A stretch of 64,000 nt of DNA from Nitrospirota bacterium (GCA_963790025.1 CAWBMP010000004.1:736001-800000); one strand, 5' to 3'; counted from the first letter of the stretch, positions 9,891-19,153 are shown. Numbers and translations are program-made. The notes: a model not told the origin generated them from the letters alone.

Positions 9891-11441
9891 ATGAAGACCG
9901 ATGACCAACTGGAACATCTGAGAAAACTCAGGGAAAAAGCTTCTTTGGGCGGTGGTCAGAAAAGAATCGATAAACAGCATGAAAAAGGCGTTTTGACCGC
10001 CAGGGAGCGTATTGATTTGCTTTTAGACAAGGGCTCTTTCGAGGAATTCGATATGTTCAAGACCCATAGATGCAGGGATTTCGGCATGGATAAGCAGGTC
10101 TTCCTGGGAGACGGTGTAGTAACCGGGCATGGCACTGTGGATGGCCGTATTGTCTATGTTTTTGCCCAGGATTTTACCGTATTCGGTGGCTCCCTGTCAG
10201 AAACCTTTGCGGAAAAAATCTGTAAGATAATGGATCTTGCCATGAAAAACGGCGCTCCTGTGGTCGGATTGAATGATTCCGGCGGGGCGCGTATTCAGGA
10301 AGGAATTGAGAGTCTCGCGGGCTATTCGGCTATATTTCAACGCAATGTCATGGCCTCGGGGGTAGTTCCCCAGATCTCGGCGATTTTTGGTCCCTGTGCC
10401 GGTGGAGCGGTATATTCGCCGGCCCTCACCGATTTTGTAATCATGGTCCAGAATAAATCGTATATGTTTCTCACCGGCCCGAAAGTCGTCAAATCACTGA
10501 CCCATGAAGATGTCAGCGAAGAAACTTTAGGCGGGGCAGCGATGCATGCCAGTCGCAGCGGAGTTATTGATCATGCTGCTGGGTCAGATGCCGATGCTAT
10601 CGCCTATGTTCGCCGACTGCTTTCGTTTCTGCCCCAGAATAATATGGAAAATCCTCCCCTTGTGCCGTGCACCGATCCGCCTGATCGGGAGAGTGTCGCA
10701 CTCAACCAGATTGTTCCTGAAAATCGCAATGTTAGTTACAATATGAAAGATGTTATCATTCAAACAGTAGATAACAATGATTTTTTTGAGATTAAGGAGA
10801 ACTTCGCACCGAATCTCTTAGTCGGGTTCGCCAGGTATAACGGGATGAGTGTCGGGATAGTTGCCAACCAGCCGGGCTATCTCTCCGGTGTCCTCGATAT
10901 CGACTCCTCAATAAAGGGTGCTCGTTTTGTCAGGTTCTGCGATTGTTTCAATATTCCGGTTGTTACCTTTGTCGACGTTCCTGGCTTCTTGCCGGGAACC
11001 GCTCAGGAGTTTGGCGGAGTAATACGTAACGGTGCTAAAATTCTCTATGCCTTTGCCGAGGCTACTATTCCCAAGGTAACTGTCATTACAAGGAAAGCGT
11101 ATGGCGGAGCCTATTGCGTCATGTCCTCCAAACATTTACGCGGCGATATTAACTATGCCTGGCCCACCGCTGAAATTGCAGTCATGGGGGCAAGAGGTGC
11201 TGTTGGAGTTTTGTATGCCAAGGATGCCAAAAAAGCCCCGGATCCAAGCGCATTTTTGGCAGAAAAGGTTCAGGAGTACAAGGATGCTGTTGCCAATCCT
11301 TACGTAGCAGCCCAACGCGGTTACATCGATGATATTATCGAACCGTCGAAAACCAGGTCAAGAATAATCAAGTCACTGGGGCAGCTCCGGAATAAGCGCG
11401 ATACAAATCCTATGAAAAAGCACGGTAATATACCACTATAA
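9891..11441 (+). CDS. Methylmalonyl-CoA carboxyltransferase (transcarboxylase 12S / PccB / MmdA-like)
   Basis: Carboxyltransferase motifs [33 protein letters not shown]; in operon with 5S-like subunit. Confidence 0.9.
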   Translation: MKTDDQLEHLRKLREKASLGGGQKRIDKQHEKGVLTARERIDLLLDKGSFEEFDMFKTHRCRDFGMDKQVFLGDGVVTGHGTVDGRIVYVFAQDFTVFGGSLSETFAEKICKIMDLAMKNGAPVVGLNDSGGARIQEGIESLAGYSAIFQRNVMASGVVPQISAIFGPCAGGAVYSPALTDFVIMVQNKSYMFLTGPKVVKSLTHEDVSEETLGGAAMHASRSGVIDHAAGSDADAIAYVRRLLSFLPQNNMENPPLVPCTDPPDRESVALNQIVPENRNVSYNMKDVIIQTVDNNDFFEIKENFAPNLLVGFARYNGMSVGIVANQPGYLSGVLDIDSSIKGARFVRFCDCFNIPVVTFVDVPGFLPGTAQEFGGVIRNGAKILYAFAEATIPKVTVITRKAYGGAYCVMSSKHLRGDINYAWPTAEIAVMGARGAVGVLYAKDAKKAPDPSAFLAEKVQEYKDAVANPYVAAQRGYIDDIIEPSKTRSRIIKSLGQLRNKRDTNPMKKHGNIPL

Positions 11442-11479
11442 CAGTCGCAAATACGTCTGAGTATTATAAGGAGATCCAC

Positions 11480-11764
11480 ATGACAGTGAAGATTTTTATT
11501 AAACGAAAGGTGCAGGATAATAATGTCGTTGAACTGACGCTCCTCCTTAATAAGTTGCGGGCTCTCGCTCTCATTCAACCCGGCTATCTCTCAGGAGAAA
11601 CCTTGAATAGAATAGACAAAAAAGATGAGTGCATGGTGATTGGTACCTGGCGTTCCTTGGAAGACTGGAATAGTTGGGTAAACAATCCGCAACGCGTCGA
11701 AGTTCAGGCGGAGATAGATAAACTGCTTGGCGAGGAAACAGAATACGCCGTGTACAGCTACTAA
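11480..11764 (+). CDS. Antibiotic biosynthesis monooxygenase (ABM)-fold small protein
   Basis: QPGYLSGETL...VIGTWRSLEDWNSW...R pattern typical of ABM dimeric barrel; SD AAGGAG. Confidence 0.75.
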   Translation: MTVKIFIKRKVQDNNVVELTLLLNKLRALALIQPGYLSGETLNRIDKKDECMVIGTWRSLEDWNSWVNNPQRVEVQAEIDKLLGEETEYAVYSY

Positions 11765-11829
11765 TGGTGGTCTTAAAGACAATGACTCGGGATTTTCATG
11801 CTGCCCACGGTGCTGTTTTTGGAGGTGAT

Positions 11830-12039
11830 ATGATGACAGGTCAAAAAAAGAAAATGGCCGCCGCCCTAGCTGCCGTGAGTCTCTATTTGCAAGAGGAGGA
11901 AGCTATGGTGGCGAAAGAGCAGCAAGCACCTCTCAAGAAACCTCAGAGTTTCGAGTTCAGCCAGTGGGGACAGAGTGGACGGCAGGAGATGATGGCCATG
12001 CGGAAATTAATCCAGCTGAGGGCGTTTACGCGCTTTTAA
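11830..12039 (+). CDS. Small protein, possible acyl-CoA carboxylase epsilon-like accessory subunit
   Basis: SD GGAGGT; AAALAAVSLYL helix, linker, then SQWGQSGRQEMM; lies between CT and 5S genes. Confidence 0.6.
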   Translation: MMTGQKKKMAAALAAVSLYLQEEEAMVAKEQQAPLKKPQSFEFSQWGQSGRQEMMAMRKLIQLRAFTRF

Positions 12040-12081
12040 TAGCATCAATTGTTAATGATGAAGAAGGAGGATACACATACA

Positions 12082-14073
12082 ATGAGCGATCAAGCAATGA
12101 GCAATGAAGTGAAGATGACCCCGTTGAACTATTCCGCAGACCGGCCAAAGGCAAAGAATCCTCTTAAGATTATGGATCTGTCCCTGCGTGATGGCCATCA
12201 GTCCCTTTTCGCTACTCGTGGGCGTACAGAGGATATGATTCCGGTAGCTGAACTGATGGATGAGGTCGGGTTCTGGGCGATTGAAACTTGGGGTGGAGCC
12301 ACCTTCGATACAATGCACCGGTTTCTCAACGAAGATCCGTGGGAACGTTTACGCACCTTGAAACGCTATATTAAAAAGACCCCTTTCTCTATGCTGCTTC
12401 GGGCGCAAAACCTGGTCGGTTATCGAAATTACGCCGACGACCTGGCCTTTGCTTTTGTTGAACGCGCGGCGGAAAACGGTATGGATATTTTCAGGACTTT
12501 CGATGCCTTAAACGATTATCGCAACTTCGAGACAGTAGTCAAACAGATAAAAAAGAGTGGCAAACATTTTCAAGGCTGTATATGTTACACCCTCACCGAG
12601 CCACGGCTTGGCGGCGAAGTCTACAATCTTGAATATTATACTGATAGAGCAAAATCCCTTGAGTCGATGGGAGCGGATTCCATCTGTATCAAGGATATGG
12701 CTGGGCTATTGGCTCCCTATGATGCCTATCCACTCATTAAGGCCCTGAAAAAAGGGGTCAAAGTACCCATTCATCTGCACAGCCATTTTACCTCAGGCAT
12801 GTCGCCAATGTCGCACCTTAAGGCCATTGAAGCAGGAGTGGACATTATCGATACTTGCATGACGCCATATGCTTACCGGACTTCGCATGCTGCTGTTGAG
12901 CCTTTGGTTATGGCCCTTTTGGGGACAAATCGCGATACCGGCTTTGATATTAAAAAGTTAGCTAAGATCAATGAAATACTTGAAAAAGAGGTGATGCCGA
13001 AATATAAGCATCTCCTCGATGACTCGAAGGTTTCGATTATCGATATCAATGTCTTGCTGCATCAGACTCCGGGCGGGATGTTGTCGAACCTGGTCAATCA
13101 ATTACGGGAAATGGATGCCCTGGATAAAATTGATGAGGTGTACAAGGAACTGCCGCGTGTGCGCAAAGACCTCGGCCAAGTCCCCCTTGTTACCCCGACC
13201 AGCCAGATAGTTGGTGTGCAGACCGTCAACAATGTCCTGCATGACACTCCCGGCGAACGTTATAAGATGATCACCGGGCAGGTAAAGGACCTCTGCTTCG
13301 GCTTGTACGGCAAGACCGCTGTGCCTATTAATCCTGAAGTGCAAGAAAAGGCCCTGAAAGGCTACCCTCGCGGAGAAAAGCCGATCACCTGTCGTCCGGC
13401 AGAAGTTCTCGAGCCGGAACTGGCCAAGGCGAAAGCCGAGATTGGCGATTTGGCAGCAGATATCGATGACGTCATCACCTATGCTCTGTTTCCAGTCACC
13501 GGTAAGAAATTTCTTGAGTGGAAGTATGGCAAAGCAGAGGTTCCAGCCAGTGTGAAGCCGATCACCCTCGAGGATGTCAAGAAAAGAGATGAACTTGTGA
13601 AAAAGGCCGTGGCCGGTAAACTCGCTGAGGTGAAGCAGGTTGAAAAACCTCCGAAGTCACAGGCAGTCAGGACCTTCAACGTTTTTATTGATGAGGAATT
13701 TTTTGCAGTCGAGGTTGATCCTGTTGGCAACACTCATCTTGTGTCGGTTCCCCAACCAGTGGCCGCTGCTCCTGTGAAGGTCCCTGTACCCTTACCTGCT
13801 CCTGCACCTGCGCCGGCCCCGGCTCCTGCACGTGCCGCTCAACCTGCACACCATGGAGAGGGAACAGTCCTTCTTGCGCCTATGCCCGGGATGATCATCA
13901 AGTATATGGTAATAGCCGGAGATGCTGTAAAGAAAGGCGATACCATTGTTGTCCTTGAAGCAATGAAGATGGAAAACAACCTTACGGCACCCTGTGATGG
14001 GAAGGTCCAAGGTATCAAGTTTGCCAGTGGCGACACGGTCGAAAAAGGTGCCGTTCTCTGTGTAATCGTGTAA
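12082..14073 (+). CDS. Pyruvate/oxaloacetate carboxyltransferase (transcarboxylase 5S / PycB / OadA-like) fused to biotin carrier
   Basis: LRDGHQS, WGGATFD, KDMAG, HSH, PGGMLSN, LVTPTSQIVG; Pro/Ala linker; EAMKM biotin motif; SD AAGGAGG before ATG 12082. Confidence 0.9.
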   Translation: MSDQAMSNEVKMTPLNYSADRPKAKNPLKIMDLSLRDGHQSLFATRGRTEDMIPVAELMDEVGFWAIETWGGATFDTMHRFLNEDPWERLRTLKRYIKKTPFSMLLRAQNLVGYRNYADDLAFAFVERAAENGMDIFRTFDALNDYRNFETVVKQIKKSGKHFQGCICYTLTEPRLGGEVYNLEYYTDRAKSLESMGADSICIKDMAGLLAPYDAYPLIKALKKGVKVPIHLHSHFTSGMSPMSHLKAIEAGVDIIDTCMTPYAYRTSHAAVEPLVMALLGTNRDTGFDIKKLAKINEILEKEVMPKYKHLLDDSKVSIIDINVLLHQTPGGMLSNLVNQLREMDALDKIDEVYKELPRVRKDLGQVPLVTPTSQIVGVQTVNNVLHDTPGERYKMITGQVKDLCFGLYGKTAVPINPEVQEKALKGYPRGEKPITCRPAEVLEPELAKAKAEIGDLAADIDDVITYALFPVTGKKFLEWKYGKAEVPASVKPITLEDVKKRDELVKKAVAGKLAEVKQVEKPPKSQAVRTFNVFIDEEFFAVEVDPVGNTHLVSVPQPVAAAPVKVPVPLPAPAPAPAPAPARAAQPAHHGEGTVLLAPMPGMIIKYMVIAGDAVKKGDTIVVLEAMKMENNLTAPCDGKVQGIKFASGDTVEKGAVLCVIV

Positions 14074-14087
14074 ATCTGTGAGGTTCA

Positions 14088-14597
14088 ATGCTGATAAAAG
14101 AGTTGAATGGACATACCCCGAAGTTCGGTAAAGATTGTTTTCTGGCCGAGAATGCCGTCATTGTTGGCGACGTGGTGATGGGAGATCAGTGCAGTATCTG
14201 GTACAATGCTGTGGTTCGGGGTGATGTTAATTTTATTCGGATGGGTAACAAAGTGAACATTCAGGATGGCGCTTCAGTGCATGGTACCTATCAGAAATGG
14301 CCGGCCACTATCGGTAATAACGTCTCCGTTGGACACAATGCCATCGTTCATGGATGCACTATTCACGATAATGTTCTTGTGGGAATGGGGGCGATTGTTA
14401 TGGATGGTTGCGTGGTTGAAAGCAATTCAATCATAGCTGCCGGCGCCGTAGTTACCGAAGGTACACGGGTAGAGGCGGGAACGATTTATGCCGGCGTGCC
14501 CGCGAGAAAGATAAAAGACATCAGTCAAGAACTGATTTCTGGTGAAATTGAAAGAATAGCGAACAACTATATTAAATACGCCGGCTGGTACAAATAG
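14088..14597 (+). CDS. Gamma-class carbonic anhydrase family protein
   Basis: Hexapeptide repeats, RGDVN, NIQDG, VH / GHNAIVHGC Zn-binding histidines. Confidence 0.9.
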   Translation: MLIKELNGHTPKFGKDCFLAENAVIVGDVVMGDQCSIWYNAVVRGDVNFIRMGNKVNIQDGASVHGTYQKWPATIGNNVSVGHNAIVHGCTIHDNVLVGMGAIVMDGCVVESNSIIAAGAVVTEGTRVEAGTIYAGVPARKIKDISQELISGEIERIANNYIKYAGWYK

Positions 14598-14785
14598 CAT
14601 TTTCTACCCTGCACCCTTCTTTTATTTGGAGATTCTTGACGAAAGCGGACACAGAGTCTCCTGATGCAAATCGGAGAAATAACGCCAGGTTATCACTTCT
14701 GTCGAAAAGTGGACTTCACCAAGCTTATCGGCACTTTCAGAAAATTGCAATTATTGAGGATTTCCAAAAGAACATATTACTGGGT

Positions 14786-14819
14786 GTAACTTGCAACGTT
14801 ACGCGTAACATGTTATCTC
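14786..14819 (+). promoter_or_regulatory. Putative higBA promoter/operator
   Basis: Overlapping palindromes GTAAC-N7-GTTAC, GTTACGCGTAAC and TAACATGTTA over TTGCAA-17-TATCTC. Confidence 0.55.
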
Positions 14820-14827
14820 AATAACGG

Positions 14828-15106
14828 GTGATACGGTCATTTAGACATAAGGGACTTGAGGTTTTTTTTCGCGATGGGGAAAAGAATGGGATTGACCCGA
14901 GCCACTCTGCAAGACTTGCGAGGATACTCGACCGTCTGGATGCTTCAATGTCTGCTCAGGACATGAACTTGCCAGGCTTGAAATTGCATGAGTTGAAAGG
15001 CCGGGAGAAAGGAGCTTGGTCAGTCACTGTGAGCGGCAACTGGATGGTGGTTTTTAGATTTGAAGGCAATGATGCGGTCCAAGTTGATTACCTGGATTAT
15101 CATTAG
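14828..15106 (+). CDS. higB: HigB-type toxin (RelE/ParE superfamily)
   Basis: MIRSFRHKGL...LHELKG...WSVTVSGNW...DYLDYH; toxin upstream of antitoxin. Confidence 0.92.
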   Translation: MIRSFRHKGLEVFFRDGEKNGIDPSHSARLARILDRLDASMSAQDMNLPGLKLHELKGREKGAWSVTVSGNWMVVFRFEGNDAVQVDYLDYH

Positions 15107-15121
15107 GGAAAAGAGTTTGAC

Positions 15122-15412
15122 ATGATTGGAAAAAGAAAACCGGTTCATCCCGGAGAAGTATTATTGGAAGATGTTATGAAACCGCTTGGTCTAACGGTTA
15201 CAGAGGCTGCCGCACGATTGGGTGTGACCAGAAAAACACTTTCGACCTTACTGAACGGGAAGGCATCGTTAAGCCCTGAAATGGCGATGAGAATAGCGAG
15301 TGCGACAAACACGTCACCTGAGAGCTGGCTATATATGCAGGCAAAATTGGATCTCTGGAACGTGGCAAGAAAGCCCCCGAGAGTGCGAGAGCTAAAGTCA
15401 GTAGCTGTATAA
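15122..15412 (+). CDS. higA: HigA antitoxin (HTH_3)
   Basis: HPGEVLLED...LGVTRKTLS.LLNGKASLSPEMA.R...W..MQ..DLW. Confidence 0.92.
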   Translation: MIGKRKPVHPGEVLLEDVMKPLGLTVTEAAARLGVTRKTLSTLLNGKASLSPEMAMRIASATNTSPESWLYMQAKLDLWNVARKPPRVRELKSVAV

Positions 15413-15436
15413 ACGCCCAGGGAAGAACGCTTTGGA

Positions 15437-16379
15437 GAAACGGGGTCAGGTCTAGAATGTTTACCTTTTTGCATGCCCTCGAACAACCCGGCTTATATAT
15501 GTAAAATGCAAATTGAGATGATTTGCGATTGCCCGCTGAGTATATCCAAATTCGTAGACAGCAGTAATTATTTTGCTGTCCCTCTGACTTTTATCCATTA
15601 ATATGTTTTTGCTGAATATGCTATCCAACCCGGGTCTGTTGACATACCGTTGCGTTTTGGATATTTCGGCAATATTCTTATGTTTATTGAGATGATGATT
15701 CAGGCTATCAACGAATTCTTCTTTTCCGAGAACTACCTGGCCCTTAACAGCATTCCAAATACTTTCTTGTTCGATGCCTGATTTCACAAACTCACGGTAT
15801 TTTCTTTCTGCCTCACTCCTTTCCTCGCTGAATTGCCCTAGTATCCAGTCAGTGGTAAGACACGGATGAGGCGTTTTCTTTCCTGCGGTTTCCCCGTAGC
15901 TGGACCATTTCCAATCTTCAGGCTGTTCAACTATGTGCGCACGTACCGGATTCAGCACAACATATCGGCACACTTCAAGAAGATGACTGTCTTTCTGGAT
16001 CACAATAGCCTTATATCTACCTTGCAACAGATGACCTGATCGGTTGCGCTTTTTGTTGTAAGCCTGGCTGTAGACACTGTTTAATTGCCTCATCCCTATG
16101 GACAGATTTCCATCCGGCGTTTCAATCATCAAATGATAATGGTTATCCATCAGACAGTAGGCATGGCATAGCCAATTGTACCGTCTATTGATATCGACAA
16201 GAATCCCAAGGAATGTTTCACGGTCAGCGTCATCCCTGAAAATTGACTTCTTCTCGTTTCCACGAGAAGTAACATGATATACAGCGCCAGGATATTGTAT
16301 CCGCAACGGTCGAGCCATAACAGCCAATTTATCAGATTTATCATGAACATGTAAAACATTATAGACCTGACCCCATTTC
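15437..16379 (-). mobile_element. RAYT-type (Y1/HUH) transposase gene bracketed by 26-bp inverted repeats
   Basis: GAAACGGGGTCAGGTCTAGAATGTTT (15437-15462) vs reverse complement of 16354-16379, 24/26 identical. Confidence 0.75.
15461..16318 (-). CDS. REP-associated tyrosine transposase (Y1_Tnp) with C-terminal HTH
   Basis: MARPLRIQYPGAVYHVTSRGN start, YCLMDNHYHL HUH motif, YVVLNPVRA, WKWSSY; C-terminal helix-turn-helix. Confidence 0.88.
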   Translation of the reverse strand: MARPLRIQYPGAVYHVTSRGNEKKSIFRDDADRETFLGILVDINRRYNWLCHAYCLMDNHYHLMIETPDGNLSIGMRQLNSVYSQAYNKKRNRSGHLLQGRYKAIVIQKDSHLLEVCRYVVLNPVRAHIVEQPEDWKWSSYGETAGKKTPHPCLTTDWILGQFSEERSEAERKYREFVKSGIEQESIWNAVKGQVVLGKEEFVDSLNHHLNKHKNIAEISKTQRYVNRPGLDSIFSKNILMDKSQRDSKIITAVYEFGYTQRAIANHLNLHFTYISRVVRGHAKR

Positions 16380-16438
16380 CTTTCGGGCAAGTTGCGATTT
16401 CCCTCGTTTGTAGTGTATTGTAATACAGGAGGTGCATT

Positions 16439-16657
16439 ATGAGAACAGTATTATCGATTAGCCTTCCGGAAAACATGTCAGAGGAACTTGAAATGGTTGC
16501 AAAGAGTACCGGCCGTAACAAGAGCGACATTGTTAAAGAATCGCTTGGTCTATTCCTGTGGGAAATGAAACTCAAGGCGGTACAGAAGAAACTTGGCCCA
16601 AAGGCAAAAAAGCTTGGCATGGTCAGCGAAGATGATGTATTTAAGAAAATATCATGA
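16439..16657 (+). CDS. Ribbon-helix-helix (CopG family) antitoxin
   Basis: LSISLPE...NKSDIVKESL RHH pattern; overlaps PIN gene (ATGA). Confidence 0.8.
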   Translation: MRTVLSISLPENMSEELEMVAKSTGRNKSDIVKESLGLFLWEMKLKAVQKKLGPKAKKLGMVSEDDVFKKIS

Positions 16658-17055
16658 TTGTCGTCTTTGATACCAACGTTCTGATTGCGGCAATTATCAC
16701 TGAAGGGCTTTGCTCGAAACTATTGCACAGGGCACGCGGCGGAGAGTTCTCCCTCATCCTATGCCCATTCATTCTGAAAGAACTTCGGAGTATTCTCTCA
16801 ACGAAATTTCGCCTCTCGCGGGAAGACGTGGCTTTAGCTATGGAACCTATAAACGAGGCGATCTATGAAGTTATTGAGCACGGCATCAATATCTCCGGAA
16901 TCTGTCGGGATGCTGATGATGACAACATTATTGCGTGTGCGGTGGCAGCAAAGGCTGATTATCTTGTGACCGGCGACTCTGATCTGCTGGAGATAAAAAG
17001 CTATCACGATATTAAGATTGTAACTCCAAGAGATTTCGAAGTCTTATTTGTGTGA
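16654..17055 (+). CDS. PIN-domain toxin (VapC-like)
   Basis: VVFDTNVLIAA, CRDADDDNIIACA, YLVTGDSDLL, IVTPRDF. Confidence 0.9.
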   Translation: MIVVFDTNVLIAAIITEGLCSKLLHRARGGEFSLILCPFILKELRSILSTKFRLSREDVALAMEPINEAIYEVIEHGINISGICRDADDDNIIACAVAAKADYLVTGDSDLLEIKSYHDIKIVTPRDFEVLFV

Positions 17056-17058
17056 AGG

Positions 17059-17829
17059 ATGATGAATAGTATTCAAAGGCAGGTTAACGTCTTCAGGCAA
17101 ACTCTGAAAGAACATGCTGACGCTGAAAGGGCAATACAAGAAAAGAAATACCTGAAAAGTCCTTTCAAGTTTTTCGGTACATCTCTGCTGCTTGCGGATA
17201 ATATTGCCAAAGGGTTCAGAAGATCAAATATGGATGCCGGACGGGACTACGTTTTTGCTCTGGCAGCGAAGCTCTGGAGTTCGGATTACCACGATGAAAA
17301 GAGACTCGGCCTCAGGATGCTGCAGTATTATCCGGAATATATCGAATTTGCTATAATGCCGATGCTCGAAAAAATGCTCATGCAGTCTTCGGGATGGGAC
17401 TTTGTAGATGATATATCGATCCACCTCGTCGGCACGGTGCTCGGGAAAGCCAAAAAAGCATATGTCTACCTGGAAAAGTGGAGCGAACTGGACAATTTCC
17501 GGATGAGGCGGGCATCTCTCGTTTCACAGATTCTCCTTTTCAGGAACGGCAATGGAGATAAAAAACTTTTCTTCAGTTTCGCAGAAAAAATGATTCAAGA
17601 AAAGGAATTCTTTATTAGGAAGGCTATAGGATGGTGTATCAGGGAAATCTCTAAGGCCGATCCCGATGAGGCCTTTGATTTCCTCGTGACAATAAAAGGC
17701 AGGGCATCAGGCCTCACACTCAGAGAAGGAGCGAAGAGACTCTCTGATAGCCAAAAAGGAGCAGTACTGGCTGATCGCAAATGTCAACATCTTCTCACAG
17801 CCAACAGTTTCAAAGTCCTGCAACTATAG
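17059..17829 (+). CDS. DNA alkylation repair protein (AlkD-like HEAT-repeat family)
   Basis: LWSSDYHDEK, GWDFVDD, EFFIRKAIGWCIRE, LTLREG. Confidence 0.8.
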   Translation: MMNSIQRQVNVFRQTLKEHADAERAIQEKKYLKSPFKFFGTSLLLADNIAKGFRRSNMDAGRDYVFALAAKLWSSDYHDEKRLGLRMLQYYPEYIEFAIMPMLEKMLMQSSGWDFVDDISIHLVGTVLGKAKKAYVYLEKWSELDNFRMRRASLVSQILLFRNGNGDKKLFFSFAEKMIQEKEFFIRKAIGWCIREISKADPDEAFDFLVTIKGRASGLTLREGAKRLSDSQKGAVLADRKCQHLLTANSFKVLQL

Positions 17830-17861
17830 CAAGGTTACAAATGGAAATCGTATTCATACTC

Positions 17862-18137
17862 CCTGTCAAACTCGAAGAACAGGGTAAGATCACCCATTAA
17901 AAGATGCAAGCGCTTATCTCCGGCATCGCTGCCGTTGTAGCCCACGCAAAGATAGTTAATCCCATAAGAAAGTTCTCGCTTTGCCGGGATCCGGAAGATA
18001 ACATGATTCTGGACTGCTGTTACGCTGCGAAGGCTAAGATATTGATTACGGGCGATAGGGACCTTATCGAGATTACCGGCTTGCCTTTTAGCATCAAGTT
18101 CATGACACCGCAAGCATTTGTGGAAGTTGAGGATTGA
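17862..18137 (+). pseudogene. Truncated second PIN toxin (no N-terminal DTN motif, in-frame TAA at 17898-17900)
   Basis: CRDPEDNMILDCC...LITGDRDL...MTPQAF C-terminal half only. Confidence 0.7.
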
Positions 18138-18353
18138 AAAGCGTGTACGGGTAATCAAGGACGGCCAAGTATCAGGACGCTTCGTTTGATAACTCATCGA
18201 TTTTTCTGTGTGAAGTGCTTCCTGAAGAACTCACTGGCTGACCCTACTACAGTCTTGATTAGTACAAATAGAAATCGAGTGGCTTGCCTACGTCAGCTTG
18301 TTAGCACTGGGTTGATTGGTGCATTTTGATGCAGATTGGTGTATAATAATTTT

Positions 18354-18611
18354 ATGGCTACAGTGAAAAAAGCAATTCGTCAAAGCGTTACCCTACCTTC
18401 TCAGGTTGCCAAGCAGGTGAAGGCATTGGCGAAGAATCGAAAAGTAAGCTCGAATAGGATACTGGTGGAACTTGTTGAAACCGGTCTGCGATCAAAAGAA
18501 GAGGAGAAACGCAGATTCTTCGAATTGGCGAATCGGTTAAGCACTGCAACAGACGCGAAAGAACAACAAGAATTGAAGGAACAACTCGCCAGAATGACTT
18601 TTGGAGACTGA
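18354..18611 (+). CDS. RHH-like protein, putative antitoxin
   Basis: RQSVTLPSQVAKQVKALAK...SNRILVELVETGL; GATTGGTG direct repeats upstream (18314, 18334). Confidence 0.65.
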   Translation: MATVKKAIRQSVTLPSQVAKQVKALAKNRKVSSNRILVELVETGLRSKEEEKRRFFELANRLSTATDAKEQQELKEQLARMTFGD

Positions 18612-18854
18612 GTGCCTAAAATCCGATGGACCGACCTTCCTCCTGCTCTCCGTGATCATCTCTTTGAACGGCTTCGGGAACGTCAAATTACGGCTGAGGA
18701 TATTTATCAACTGAAACTATGGCGAGAATCTGACCCCGAAGCCCCGGATGGCGACTGGTATAAGGATTTTGGTTCATTCAAGATATGCGGCAGGGGTCAG
18801 CACCCAAAAACTTTTCTTCTTCGAGGTCAACCTGCCAAAGGCGAAAAATTATAA
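18612..18854 (+). CDS. Small conserved-looking hypothetical protein, putative toxin
   Basis: 80 aa, starts immediately after the RHH gene stop; WYKDFGSFKICG motif. Confidence 0.6.
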   Translation: MPKIRWTDLPPALRDHLFERLRERQITAEDIYQLKLWRESDPEAPDGDWYKDFGSFKICGRGQHPKTFLLRGQPAKGEKL

Positions 18855-19153
18855 ACGACAGCATCTGATCTGACAACGATCTGCACGCTAACTTCGGACT
18901 CTTATAAAGTTCTATTTTCCAGATGCACATTTAAACCCGTATTCCGCAGAATTTCCGCTCTCCTGATTTTGCGGATAAGTCGGGTGAAACCCTCACTATA
19001 AATCTCACCGTTTCCATCGATAATCTGCATCTCGTTGTCCGCAAGACGTGTGAGGGTTATTCAGGTCTAAAGAAAAATCCCCATGAAGGCCACTGCAGGT
19101 GTTCACTTTTTAAAAAAAGGTGAATTCTACTTTGTCGCAGCGGCAAGTACATT

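Noticed and set aside
13760..13850. CCTGCA/CCGGC tandem repeats
   Set aside because: Encode the ordinary Pro/Ala linker of a biotin-carrier domain
14786..18900. Integron cassette array (CALIN)
   Set aside because: Only one weak GTTAGCA/CGCTAAC pair; no convincing attC fold-backs between the other genes and no intI
18903..19060. Minus-strand open stretch ITLTRLADNEMQIIDGNGEIYSEGFTRLIRKIRR
   Set aside because: Possibly a gene remnant, but I cannot assign any family
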